64,000 bases of DNA. It comes from Phyllosticta citribraziliensis. Taxonomy: Eukaryota. The notes below the pieces were generated by a model. The model was not told the origin of the DNA. It saw only the letters and a program-made list of their open reading frames with translations, and made no database searches. The position numbers and the translations under genes were made by a program. The stretch lies in contig NW_027117347.1 of the NCBI RefSeq assembly GCF_038025025.1, positions 310,001 through 374,000 of the forward strand. The letters run 5' to 3'. Positions 24,772-35,275 of the stretch are shown piece by piece (within the stretch, counting starts at the first letter, position 1; each line of letters starts with the position of its first letter).

Positions 24772-26528
24772 ATGATTTTCAAAAAGTGGCTCGGCGTCGC
24801 TCTTTTGGCGGCGCCCGCCCTCACCCAGTAAGTCCACCTGCCTGGGATCGACCTCACCGTTGCCACCCGGTCTGCACTTCAGCCTGTGGCGCTCAGAGAG
24901 CATCTATCCAGCAGCCCGGGTGCGCTCCAGGAGCTGCCGCTCGCCACCAAAGCTGCGCTCAAGCAAACACTCCATGCTGACCCTTGGGCTACAGGGAGAC
25001 CTTGGGATGTGACTGTGTCGCCCCTACCGTCACGCAGTACATCACGGTCGCTGGTCCTACTGTGACCTTGTGCCCTGACGCTGTGAGCGCCTCCCAGGCC
25101 ATCACTTCGTCTTCCACCGTGCCCTACATGTGCGCGGGCGACCCTTGCACGAGCTGGGTCGGGGGCCACAGTCCAGCGTCTACTGACATTGTGACCTTCA
25201 AGCCCACCACCGTCACCCAGTACCCGGTTCCGCAGTCTCTCGTCCCGACCATCTCCTCCACGTCGAGGCGCACCAAGACGTTCACGGTCCAGACAAGCAC
25301 CATCATTCCTCCCTCGACCACTGACGAGGACTGCGACACGGATGCTCCCACTGCTACAGCTGCCCCAGTCACGGTCACGGTCACCACGGAGCCAGAGCCG
25401 GAGTCTACGACCACCGTCATCGAGTTTTCGACCACCACCGAGCACTTGACGACGACGCGCACCCATGGAGGCCCCCCCTTCCTTACGACGGCGCACCTGA
25501 GCTTCAACTCGTCCAGCGGTCATCATTCGTCTTTCGCCGGCTTCGGCGGCCATGGCTGGAACTTGACCGCGTCGACTGCCCATCTTAATGGCACGGCCCT
25601 GCAGACTCATCGCCCCTCTCACGGCGGTCACTACACTCCGTCGGCCAAGTGGAACACGGTCACGTTGTCCTGGGGAGCTTCCCGCAACTCTTCGCCCGGT
25701 CAGACCTCGATGGCGACGCCGATCTCGCCGGTTCACTCCCACAAGCCGTCGGCCATGGGCTGGAGTGTGTCATTCAACACCACAACCCACCACGTTCCTT
25801 TGCCCATTCACTCCACGTCCGCTGCGATTGCGCCTCCGTACGCCAACCACACCTCTGCGCATTTTGTCAAGAGAAACGCCACAGTTCCTGTGCATGCCCC
25901 GATTCTGAGCGCCACCGGATGCCCGGTTTCTCCAGAAGAGCTTGGCAACTTTGTCTACGGCGTACGTTGTCTCCCGCGTAGTTCAAGTGACGTCTCTAAT
26001 TCGTTGTAGCACCAGCCATCGTACTTGAATGAGGTCAATGTCAAAGCGTTGACCAGAAACCGCCTCTCTGCCAACGGCTACGCCAGGGTTGATGATGCGG
26101 GCTCGGAGACGTCGTTCATGTTCATGCCCGCACTGATGGAATGGTACGAAGCTGCGTATTCCGTCTTTCCTGGTGGTATCGGGGCCGGCAACAACCGCGC
26201 GCACGACTACTTTCATTTCGATGCCTTTGGTGCCAGCGTCGCGTGCGCCTCTGAGCAGTGCCAGATTCGAGTCGTCGGATACGCGCTCAACCCAGCCGAT
26301 GGCAGCGAGGCCGAGAAGGTTTCAGCGTGGTACACAATCGGTGGTTGCCACGGGATGAAGAACGGGTGCGAATACTCGGCCATCGAGTTCACGCCCGGAT
26401 TCCGCGACTTGACGTCGATTGTCATTTTGGCGAGCTCCATCGACAAGACGTTCTACATGGACAAGCTCGAGCTGGGCTGGACGATGCAGGACTGCGAGTC
26501 GGCGATGAAGCGTCACGGCAGCGAGTGA
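24772..26528 (+). CDS. Secreted Thr/Ser-rich protein with a C-terminal conserved Cys-containing domain (DUF7371-like)
   Basis: ATG at 24772 (CACCATG) gives the signal-peptide-like MIFKKWLGVALLAAPALTQ. Introns at 24828-24994 (GTAAGT...GCTGAC...CAG) and 25962-26009 (GTACGT...CTAAT...TAG) link the track ORFs 24984-26009 and 26025-26528. A Thr-rich stalk precedes FDAFGASVACASEQCQIRVVGY...FRDLTSI...FYMDKLELGW..C. The domain name is from recall. Confidence 0.8.
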
Positions 26529-26796
26529 GGGAGTGGGGGCATGTAGGTCGTCGTTGTAGGGCGGCGGGAGGTACCTACGGTAGTCAGCTACATTTCGAGC
26601 TAGCGTAGCATGATGAAATGCAAGCAAGGATTCTGATAAACGCATGTCGAGGGAGAGCGGCCGCTTCCGGCCAGGCGGCGGCGACGAGTGCCGGGCCTGG
26701 GACCTGACGTACGAGTGCAGTGCAGAGGGGAGGGCACGAGATAGAGACGATGACGATGATTCTGATGATGGCATGCCCTGCCGTGGAGAGCAGCCC

Positions 26797-26826
26797 GCCC
26801 ACGCCCACGCCCACGCCCACGCCCAC
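26797..26826. repeat. (GCCCAC)5 hexanucleotide repeat
   Basis: Five perfect units read directly. Confidence 0.9.
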
Positions 26827-27310
26827 GGCCGCCTCGTGACGGGTTTGGCGTGTGGCATGGGACACCATGATCTCGAGCATTGCCACTGCCACACCGCCGT
26901 ATCAGCTCTTGGGAGTGCATTGCCGTGAGAGCAAGCATTGCGTGCGAATCCAGTTGTTATCGGCCTCCATTGGTTGCATCGGCCTAAGCGAGCGCGTCCG
27001 TCCCCGTCCCTCTTCTCTGCACTGCATCCCTAAGCCGCCGCCCCGAGTCACTTGGGTCTGCTCGTCACTACAGGACCCAGAACCCACAACACCACGCCCC
27101 GACACCCATCTCCGCGACTTGCGGCTCGAGTCCGACTCCTCCCAGATGACCACCTCGACCGAGAGCCCCCATCCGCCCCAACCGCCCTCGACTCTCTTCC
27201 ATCCTCACCACCCCGCCAGTCCCTCCGCCGATACCCCGCCCGATGCTCTGCTCCACCCTCAGCACCCTCAGCACCCTCAGCATCCGCAGTCCAACCACCA
27301 CGCCGCGGCC

Positions 27311-29557
27311 ATGACGAGCTTCGGCCCCCAATTCCCTCCGCCCAACCAACCCGCCAACGGCTCTCGCGTCCCTCCCTCCCGCCACTCGCGCGACTACAGC
27401 GGCCACGCCCACAATGGCGCCAACGGCAACGGCCAAGCTTCCGCCGTGCCCATCCACAACCGCATCGCCAGCGGCCCTGGCCACATGCGCGCCATGAGTG
27501 GCTTCGAGGGCGCCCGCAGCCCTCCAAACAGCAAAAGTGAGACGCGTCGACACAACAAGGCGGCCTCGACCCGCAACAAGAGCTCCATGGCTGATACCGC
27601 AGCACTCAAAGGCACCGCCCACGTCCCCTGCAAATTCTTTAGGCAGGGCGTGTGCCAGGCCGGCAAGGCCTGTCCCTTTTTGCACTCGACCGAGCCCGCC
27701 ACCGAGACGGCCCCGTGTAAATACTTTCAAAAGGTGAGGTCGTCGCCAGAGCCCGGCTCCGCGAGCCAACGCTGACGACGACAGGGCAACTGCAAGTTTG
27801 GCGCAAAATGCGCCTTGGCTCACATTCTGCCCGACGGCCGGCGAGTCAACGGCCCCGGCATGGGCATGGGAAGACATCCATATGGACGACCTCACTATCC
27901 TCCGGAGCCTTCGCTCCTCACTCAGCAGGCAATGGCTGGTCCTGGTCCTGGTCCGCAGAGCCCCTACCCCTACATGACGTCCGACGACCCATACGCTCCC
28001 GCACAATCCAAGCAGATTCATGACATGATACCCACCATCGATCAGACCTTCTCATCGAATCCAGGCTCCAACTTTGGCTCGCCGCCAAACGACGCACGTC
28101 TGCCAACCTCGCCTGTGCAAAAGGGGCTCAGCGTGCTCGACGCCCCGCTGCCCGCTTCGTTCGACAGCCAAGGCATCTCCCACATGGCCCGCTACGGTCC
28201 GATTGCCGCATCGGTGCCCTCGAGATTTGGCCTCGAGTCGTCTTCGCCCCCCTCGTCGTACACGAACAAGCCGGCCGAGTCGGCTGCGCTGCGGAACCTG
28301 CACAACTCGGCATTTGGGGAGGAGGCAAGAGCACGGAACGGCTTTGGCTCGTCGCCGCCGGCGGCCGAGGAGCCCTTTGGTGGTAGACGCATCATGCATT
28401 CGGAGCGCTTTTCGCGACCCAAGATGCTGTCGGCAAGCTTGGGCACGCGGTCACTTGCTGGCGGGGACGAATGGGACGAGAACTTTGCATTTGAGGAGGA
28501 CCTGGTTCCAAACAGCCTGCACGAGCTGCTGACTCCACAAGAAAAGATGCGGCGCTTTTCGCGCGCCGGAGAGGAGGACCACTCGTTCAACCACCGTCAA
28601 TCCCTGTCTGGCATTGGCACACCAGGCGAGTCCAAGGTCGGCTCACCGCTCGCTTCGTCGCCATCGCGGTTCGGCGCTCTCTTTTCACGCACTCACAAAC
28701 CCGTTCCTGAAGATGCCGCCGGCTCCAGTCCCGGCGCCAGCGCCTTTGGTCACGTCGGCAGCCCCCTTCGAAACTCGTCGCTCATCCCCAACCCCATGTC
28801 CTCGTCGCCAGGTCTGCGGCCCATCGGTGGCGACCGCCGAACAACGCCCTCGTCCTCATCCATTGGCGACCCCTCGCCCTTTGGTCTGAGCAGCCCGCCG
28901 CGCCAGGCCAGCATGAGCATGATCTCGCAGCAGCTGCAGCGCACGCGGCTCAGCTCGCTGGTCAGCGACTCCAAGCCCGAAGGCGCGCCCTCGCCCGACA
29001 GCAACACGCCCACGCACCCGCACCCGGGCATGCCGCGCCTGGGGTCGGCGTCCAGCGTCGGGTCTGTGGCCTCAGCCTCTGGGGCCCCGTCCGCCATGTC
29101 CATGGCCATGCGCCCCGGCCTCGGCATCGACCACCGCGCCGTCAGCAGCACGAGCATCGGCCGCGAGCGCATAGAAGAAGAGCAGGAGCAGGGCCTGTTC
29201 GACATGGAGGAGGAGGAGGAGCGCGCGCTGAGCGTCGCCGGCAGCGACGGCCGCAAGGCCAAGCGCTACAGCGGCATCAGCGTCGCGAGCGCCGGCGGCA
29301 GCGCCAGCGGCAACACGTCGACTGTCGGCGGCACGGCGTCTGGTGGGAGCGGCAGCGTCGGCGCAGCGGGCGCGCCAAACGGCAGTGCCTCCGGCAGCAA
29401 CAGTCCTTGGGGCTCGTCGGCGCCGTTTGTCGGCAGCTTGGGCGGCTTGGGCGCCGACGTCACGGCAGCAGCCGCAGCACCAACAGGCGGCGCGTCAAAA
29501 GGAGCGACGGCGGAGGACGCAGTGGCGGCGGCGGCGGCGAACAAAAGTGCAAAGTGA
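27311..29557 (+). CDS. Tandem CCCH zinc-finger protein, Cps3/Scp3/Lee1-like (spindle-poison sensitivity family)
   Basis: Fingers VPCKFFRQGVCQAGKACPFLH and APCKYFQK|GNCKFGAKCALAH. Introns at 27537-27611 (75 nt, in frame) and 27734-27784. Conserved blocks LDAPLPASFDSQGIS and FEEDLVPNSLHELLTPQEKMRRFSR. An upstream in-frame ATG near 27147 is possible. Confidence 0.87.
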
Positions 29558-29699
29558 ACGAACGAATGGACGTGAATATACGGGCATGGACGGACTGGCT
29601 TGGCTGGCTTGCACACAGGCATAAAGAAAGGCATTTTTGCGACTTGGCTTGCGCGCGCACGAGGCGGCGGCGAACAATGGGAAAGGAAAGTTCATGAAT

Positions 29700-30050
29700 G
29701 CTTGATTGGATGGATTGGTCTGCTTTGAGTTGGTGGATTGATGGATTGATTGGCTGGCTGGCTGGCGGCTGGCTGATTAGTTGGTTCCAACCGCCGGCCG
29801 GCGGACAGGCGGGACAGGTTACGTGGTAGGTAGGTAGGGAGGCTTGGTCGGTTGATTGCACATTTGAGGTTCCCTGGTTTACTTTGCTTCTGGTTCTGGA
29901 TGGATGGATGGTTGGCTGGTTGGTTGGATGCATGGATGCACGAAAAAAAAAACACGATTGACAAAATATTGAGTGGCTATCTTCCTGCCTTTTCTTTTAG
30001 TTTTGCTGGGCTCGTTGTGGTGGTGGTGGTGGTAGTGGTGGTAGTGGATA
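29700..30050. repeat. Compound low-complexity microsatellite tract (TGGA/TGGC/TGGT/GGTA/GGT units) in the 3' UTR
   Basis: Runs such as ggatggattgg, ggctggctggctgg, ggtaggtaggtagg and ggtggtggtggtggtagtggtggtagtgg. Confidence 0.8.
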
Positions 30051-30743
30051 GTGGGACAGGGCAGAAAGATGGGTCTGGGTAGGGAGGCAGACGGACGGGG
30101 CAGATAGAGAGGCGCCATGTATAGACATCATACATTACGTGCATACATTGATGCATTTGCACATCTGCCTACAGTAGAGGACAGCGAGAGGGGGTGGTAG
30201 AACAGATGGCGATAGAGAGAGCATAGCAAGTAAGGAAGGAAGGAGGGAGGAGGAGGAGGGAGGCTACAAAGCTATGTAATAGAACCACACGTCCCGCAGT
30301 CACGACCATACTGATGATACTTCAGAGACATGGAAATACGTCTTGATTCCAGCACACCGCAGCATGTGTGCGTTCTTCTAACCTAGAATGTACGTGGCAC
30401 ACCTCCCGCATGCATGCGTGTCTATCCAGTGCTTGATTCATCTACAGACATGTATCGCAATCAATGATGCCACCAACATGTCACATCAAGTTGCGCGCGA
30501 AGTCAGGGGCATTCAATCCATTCCGTTCCGCCGTCAATCAGCAGCTCGAACGTATAACCAGAGAACGGAACCCACAAGAGAGAAAAGAGGAAGAGAGAAT
30601 CCAAGATACACAGTAGATGCGCCAAATCGAAGGAGAAGAGGAAGAAGAGAAGAGGGAGAAAGATCTATGCCAAGACATAGCGAACGAAAAATCCACCAGA
30701 CGCACGCAAACACCAGGCAGCCGCCAAACGCTCATCACGACTT

Positions 30744-32906
30744 TTACAACTTGCTACCAGGCGCACAGCACGCATCCTGTGGTGCGCCGGCCTTGCCCAC
30801 GCTGCCCTGCACGGCCGGCTGCTGATGCTGGCTCGCCAACGCCGTGCTCTGGTTGAAGCGCTGCTCGCTCTGCGGCACGTCGAGCGCCGGGTTGCGGTCG
30901 AAGAAGTTGACAGGCTTGAGCGCCACCTTGAGGATCTCGCACGGCATGACGGGGAAGTCCTCGATGCGCGGCACGTGGTTGATGCCGAACTGCACGAACA
31001 GCAAAATGTCCGTGTCGAGCGTCGGCTCGGCGCGGCCGGCCCAGCTGCGCACGCCCGTGCCGCCGCGCGACTGGTTGGTGTAGAGGCCGCCGGCGAACAG
31101 GTCGGCGCGCAGCGGCGGCTGCGTCGCGTCGTGCTTGACCAGGTAGATGTTGTGGTCGGCGAACTCGGCGCGCCGGTGGTTGAAGGATTGCTCGTCCGAG
31201 ATCATCTTTTGGAAGTCGGGCGCCATGATCTTGTACGCGACGGGCAGCCCGTTGACCGGGTTGCGCACGGCGGCGTTTTGGATCTTGAAGACGCGGTTTG
31301 TCGCCGTGTTGAGGTCGAGTCCGGTGCTGCTCGTCACGGGCACCTCGGTCGTGTAGTAGCCTGTGCCGTGCGGGTTGAAGTCGCTGCGCGGCATGGGCAG
31401 TGCTTCCGAGTAGACGAGGCGGTTGGAGTGGCCCTCGATGGCAGGGTCGATGCGCAGGGAGAAGATGTGTTGGTGGTGGGCAGCCAGGACACCCGGGTGC
31501 ACGACGGTACCCCAGGGGACCGTGAGGCCCTCGTCTATGGGCTGAGTGGACAGGATGCCCGTGGCGCGGACCTCGTACATGAGTTCGGCAGCTTGGTTGA
31601 ACTGGAAGGCGAGGATGTATTCGTAGTTGGCAACAGTGATGATGGACTGCAGTACCAACTCGCGCTGGCGGACGACGGCTGCGCGTCCGGTGCGGAAGTT
31701 GGTGTGCTTCCAGCCAATGCCCGCGTCTTGCTCGTGGATGCAGACTACGTTGGGCATGTCAATTGTACCGCCCTTGTCATCGCTCAGGATCGAGTCGAGG
31801 TAGTAGATGCTGCCGAGACAGTCGCAGCCAAGCTTGAGGTTGTTGGCCATCATGCCGGCGCCCGTGTCGCCCAAGTCAAAGGCAGACTTTTTGTGGTAGG
31901 GGTGTCGTGGGTCCGCATAGGGGATGTTCATGTCGGACAAGGAGAGACGGTAGAAGAGCGAGCGGCCGTCGTACCGCACGTCGTAGAGGACCATGCCCTC
32001 GCGCTGGTTGAAGCCGACGCGGAAGTTCCATTTTTGCCAGTTGATGACAGTTGAGGGCCCTTGGTGCTCAACGGTAAAGCCTGCACCCTCGGGTTGGACC
32101 ACTTGCAGCGGCTTGATGTCGGTACGCAAGTTCTGAGCCTCTGGGATGTACTCGTTTGCAGGGTAAATCTTGACGGGGCCGAACGGCCTGAGGGTGTTAT
32201 CGGCCCCAGTAGGCAGAGTGTCGATGCGAATGACCTCCAGGGAGTCGGCGCTAATGACGGGGGAGATGGGCAAGGGCAATGCGTAGTGGTTGCTGTCAAG
32301 CTCGTTGGGGTTCAAGGGGTCGCGCATGTAGAGGAAGCACTGGAAGAGGCGCTCATCGTCATTGATGCCGTCCGAGCCGTAGATCCACGGGTCGCAGACG
32401 ACGACGGCGCCCTTGGGAAGCTGAAGCTTGGCAATTTCAGCCTTGACCTTGGGGTCGTCAATGGCAATTTTTTCAATGGCCACGATCTCGTCGCCATCGG
32501 CATTGGCGTGGAGGTTGGGTCCCAGGCGCACATTGCTCTCGACGGAGCGCGAGGCCAAGTCGACGGTGGCCTCGTGGAATTTGTTCTGCAGACATCAGCG
32601 GGTGTTGGGCCATGGCTTCAAGCCACTTACAGTGTTGCGGATGTAGTAGTTGATGAAGGCTTTGCGGCGGATTCCTGAGGGCAAAGGAGAGCCAGCATGC
32701 TCGGCGTCCAAATAAGGCACCACCTCGGCCTTTGCGGGCTCCTCAAGGGTGATGTTCTTGAATTGCAAGTCAGTCCCCGTGGGCCATACGCTCTTGATGA
32801 TGGCAGCAGCGGCCTTGATCTCCTCGGCCGTCAGAGGCGCAAGAGGGTGCAATTGACGCTGCTTGACAAGGCGCTCTGGGAGGCTCGAAACGGACTCTGT
32901 GGCCAT
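30744..32906 (-). CDS. Copper-containing (TPQ) amine oxidase, peroxisomal
   Basis: ATG at 32906 (MATESV...HPLAPLTAEEI). Intron at 32586-32630. TPQ consensus TVANYEY, copper ligands HHQH and HVPRIEDFPVMP. The C-terminus ends in SKL*, a canonical PTS1. Confidence 0.94.
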
Positions 32907-33697
32907 GGCGGGCAATGAGGCAACAACGCAGGCGAATTGATACGGCGAAGGGGGTGCTGCGTGCCTGAATGGTCTATGAGGAGGAATGCAATTTATAGGT
33001 TCGGCAGGGCGGCGTCAGCGGTGTCGAGGTGGTCGTGAATAATGTAAGTGATGGCGATAAGCAAAGTGGGGAACTGGGGATGGTGGTCGAGGTCGGAATC
33101 CCTGCCGCGTGGACTTGCTCGATTGAGCATATCTCGGGACGTGCCAACGACGGGACTTGTAGGAGCGTCCAGTGTCGTTACGTACTGGACCTGGCCTGGA
33201 GAACCACAAGTCCTGTCGAGTGTCGACATAGGGCGCGATTATCTAAGCTTAAGCTGCGTCCGCCCATGGCGCCGAGCGTCGATACGTTTGCAAGACGTTC
33301 CAACGTGGAGTTTGTGGGAGGGCGGCGTCTACGGCGCCAGGACCAGACATGGTTGATTCGGGCGGAAATGCGGCTGGCGCAGGGCTACCGAACCGAATCG
33401 AAGGCAGAGACGAATCATACAGAGATACATGCATGTAGGTATTGTTGTTCCGTACAATAATACAGCGTCAAGACTTTTCCTCGGCGAGCATGGACCGCCT
33501 TGTTCGAGCTTAGGCCATCCTGGTTGGGTGAGGTGTTCTGCCTCCATTCACATCCCCGGACCAGCACCCATCACCACCACATCACCATCCCCAGACCCAC
33601 CGCGGCACCTCCACATCCTCCAAACAAGCTCGCGCCCATACCGCCGACCGTCGCTGCCTCTACGCGCCTCGTTTCACCCACGCGTCGCTCCACCAAA

Positions 33698-34636
33698 ATG
33701 CCTCCCGAGAAAGGCGGCAGGGTCGTCTTCATCGGCAACATTCCCTATGGCGTGAGCGAGGAGCTCATCGTCGAGACCCTTAGCCGCGTCGGACAGGTCC
33801 TCAGCTTCAGGCTCGTATACGACAAGGACAGCGGCAGGCCCAAGGGTTTTGGCTTTGCAGAATTCTCCGACGCCGAAGATGCTGCCTCGGCGGTGCGCAA
33901 TCTCAACGACTACGAGCTCATGGGCCGCAAGCTGCGCGTCGACTACTCGAATGACAATGGCGCTGGCGACAGTGCCCCCGCCGGCTACACCCAACAACCA
34001 CAGCAGCCTCAGCACATGCAGAATGGCCAGGACTTTGGCCAGAGTGCCGCTCTGCCTCCTCTGCCTCCCGGCGCAGACCCTCCGCCCGACTTGACGTGCG
34101 CCGACGCCATCTCAAAGACGCTCTCGACGCTTCCTCCCCCGCAGCTATTGGACATTCTCTCGCAAATGAAGAACCTGGTCACGACGGATCCGGCAAAAGC
34201 GACGGAGCTGCTGCGCCAGGCCCCGCAGGTCTCGTTTGCCATTTTCCAAGCGCTGCTTCTTCTCGGCCTCATCGACCAGAAGCTGCTCGGCTCCGTCGTC
34301 GACACGGCCAGCATTCCCCAGGTGCCTCAGCAACCTCCGCCTTCGAGCACGCCCATGCCACCGCAAGCGTTTCCGGGCTTCCCACCACAGCCCAGCCGCG
34401 GGCCCATGAACGTTGCCACGCCGCCCGTGGGCAACCCCTACCAGCAACCGCCAATGCCGATGCAGCTGCCACCGCAGCAAGCAGCGCAGCCAGCAGCAGC
34501 GGGGATGCCGAATCAGCAGGACCTTATCCGGCAGGTGCTGTCGATGACGCCGGAGCAGATTTCAGCATTGCGCCCCGAGGATCGCATGCAGATAGAAGCA
34601 TTGCGACAGCGTCTCATGTCCGGACAAGGGTTCTAG
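33698..34636 (+). CDS. RNA15: Cleavage stimulation factor 64-kDa subunit / Rna15 (RRM, hinge and C-terminal domain)
   Basis: RRM VVFIGNIPYG...RPKGFGFAEF...AVRNLNDYELMGRKLRVD. Hinge DAISKTLSTLPPPQLLDILSQMK...LLRQAPQ. C-terminal QVLSMTPEQISALRPEDRMQIEALR. Intronless. Confidence 0.92.
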   Translation: MPPEKGGRVVFIGNIPYGVSEELIVETLSRVGQVLSFRLVYDKDSGRPKGFGFAEFSDAEDAASAVRNLNDYELMGRKLRVDYSNDNGAGDSAPAGYTQQPQQPQHMQNGQDFGQSAALPPLPPGADPPPDLTCADAISKTLSTLPPPQLLDILSQMKNLVTTDPAKATELLRQAPQVSFAIFQALLLLGLIDQKLLGSVVDTASIPQVPQQPPPSSTPMPPQAFPGFPPQPSRGPMNVATPPVGNPYQQPPMPMQLPPQQAAQPAAAGMPNQQDLIRQVLSMTPEQISALRPEDRMQIEALRQRLMSGQGF

Positions 34637-35275
34637 AGAGTCGAGAGGCGGGCAGGCGAATGGGAACGGACCGGGCGTTTGGCGCATGAAAAGTCGAGGG
34701 TTCATTGGCATATTGGTGTATGACGGACATGGGCGGCATCTGGATTGGTTTGGCTACATATTCCGGTCAAGCAGGTAACGCAAGGATGCCAAAAGTCGAG
34801 TTCTTGGAGGAGGCTACAAGTCACAGAGCGAGGAAACAAAAAGAGGTTTCGAATGATAGCTCACCACCAAACATTTCACGTGTGTCCAAGTGCCGTCGTC
34901 GGGTTCCCTGTTTAATCGGGTGGCTGAACTACCTTGACGTGGGTTAGCCACCCATGGATGCCGCCCGAAGCCCGGCCCGTGCGCTCACCACCTCGCCGGC
35001 TCAGCTACCTCTCACTGCACCTCTCATTCGCGCTCGCTACACACTCGTCCTGCAAGCCCAGAGACACACCTGACGGACAGCCTTTTGCTCCTCGGACGCC
35101 GCCCGTCACCGCTGCTCCTGTCTCCAATCCATCTCTCAATTCATTCCCCCCTCTCTCTGTACCAATATCATTCATGACTTTACGACTTGATGACCCAGCC
35201 TGATACCAAAAAAAATACCCTCCCACCCTTGGCCTCTGTCGCGCTTTGCTTTCATTTCATCACATCGCCCCTGTC

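Noticed and set aside
30825..32678. 409-aa and 205-aa plus-strand ORFs
   Set aside because: Codon-aligned antisense shadows of the copper amine oxidase.
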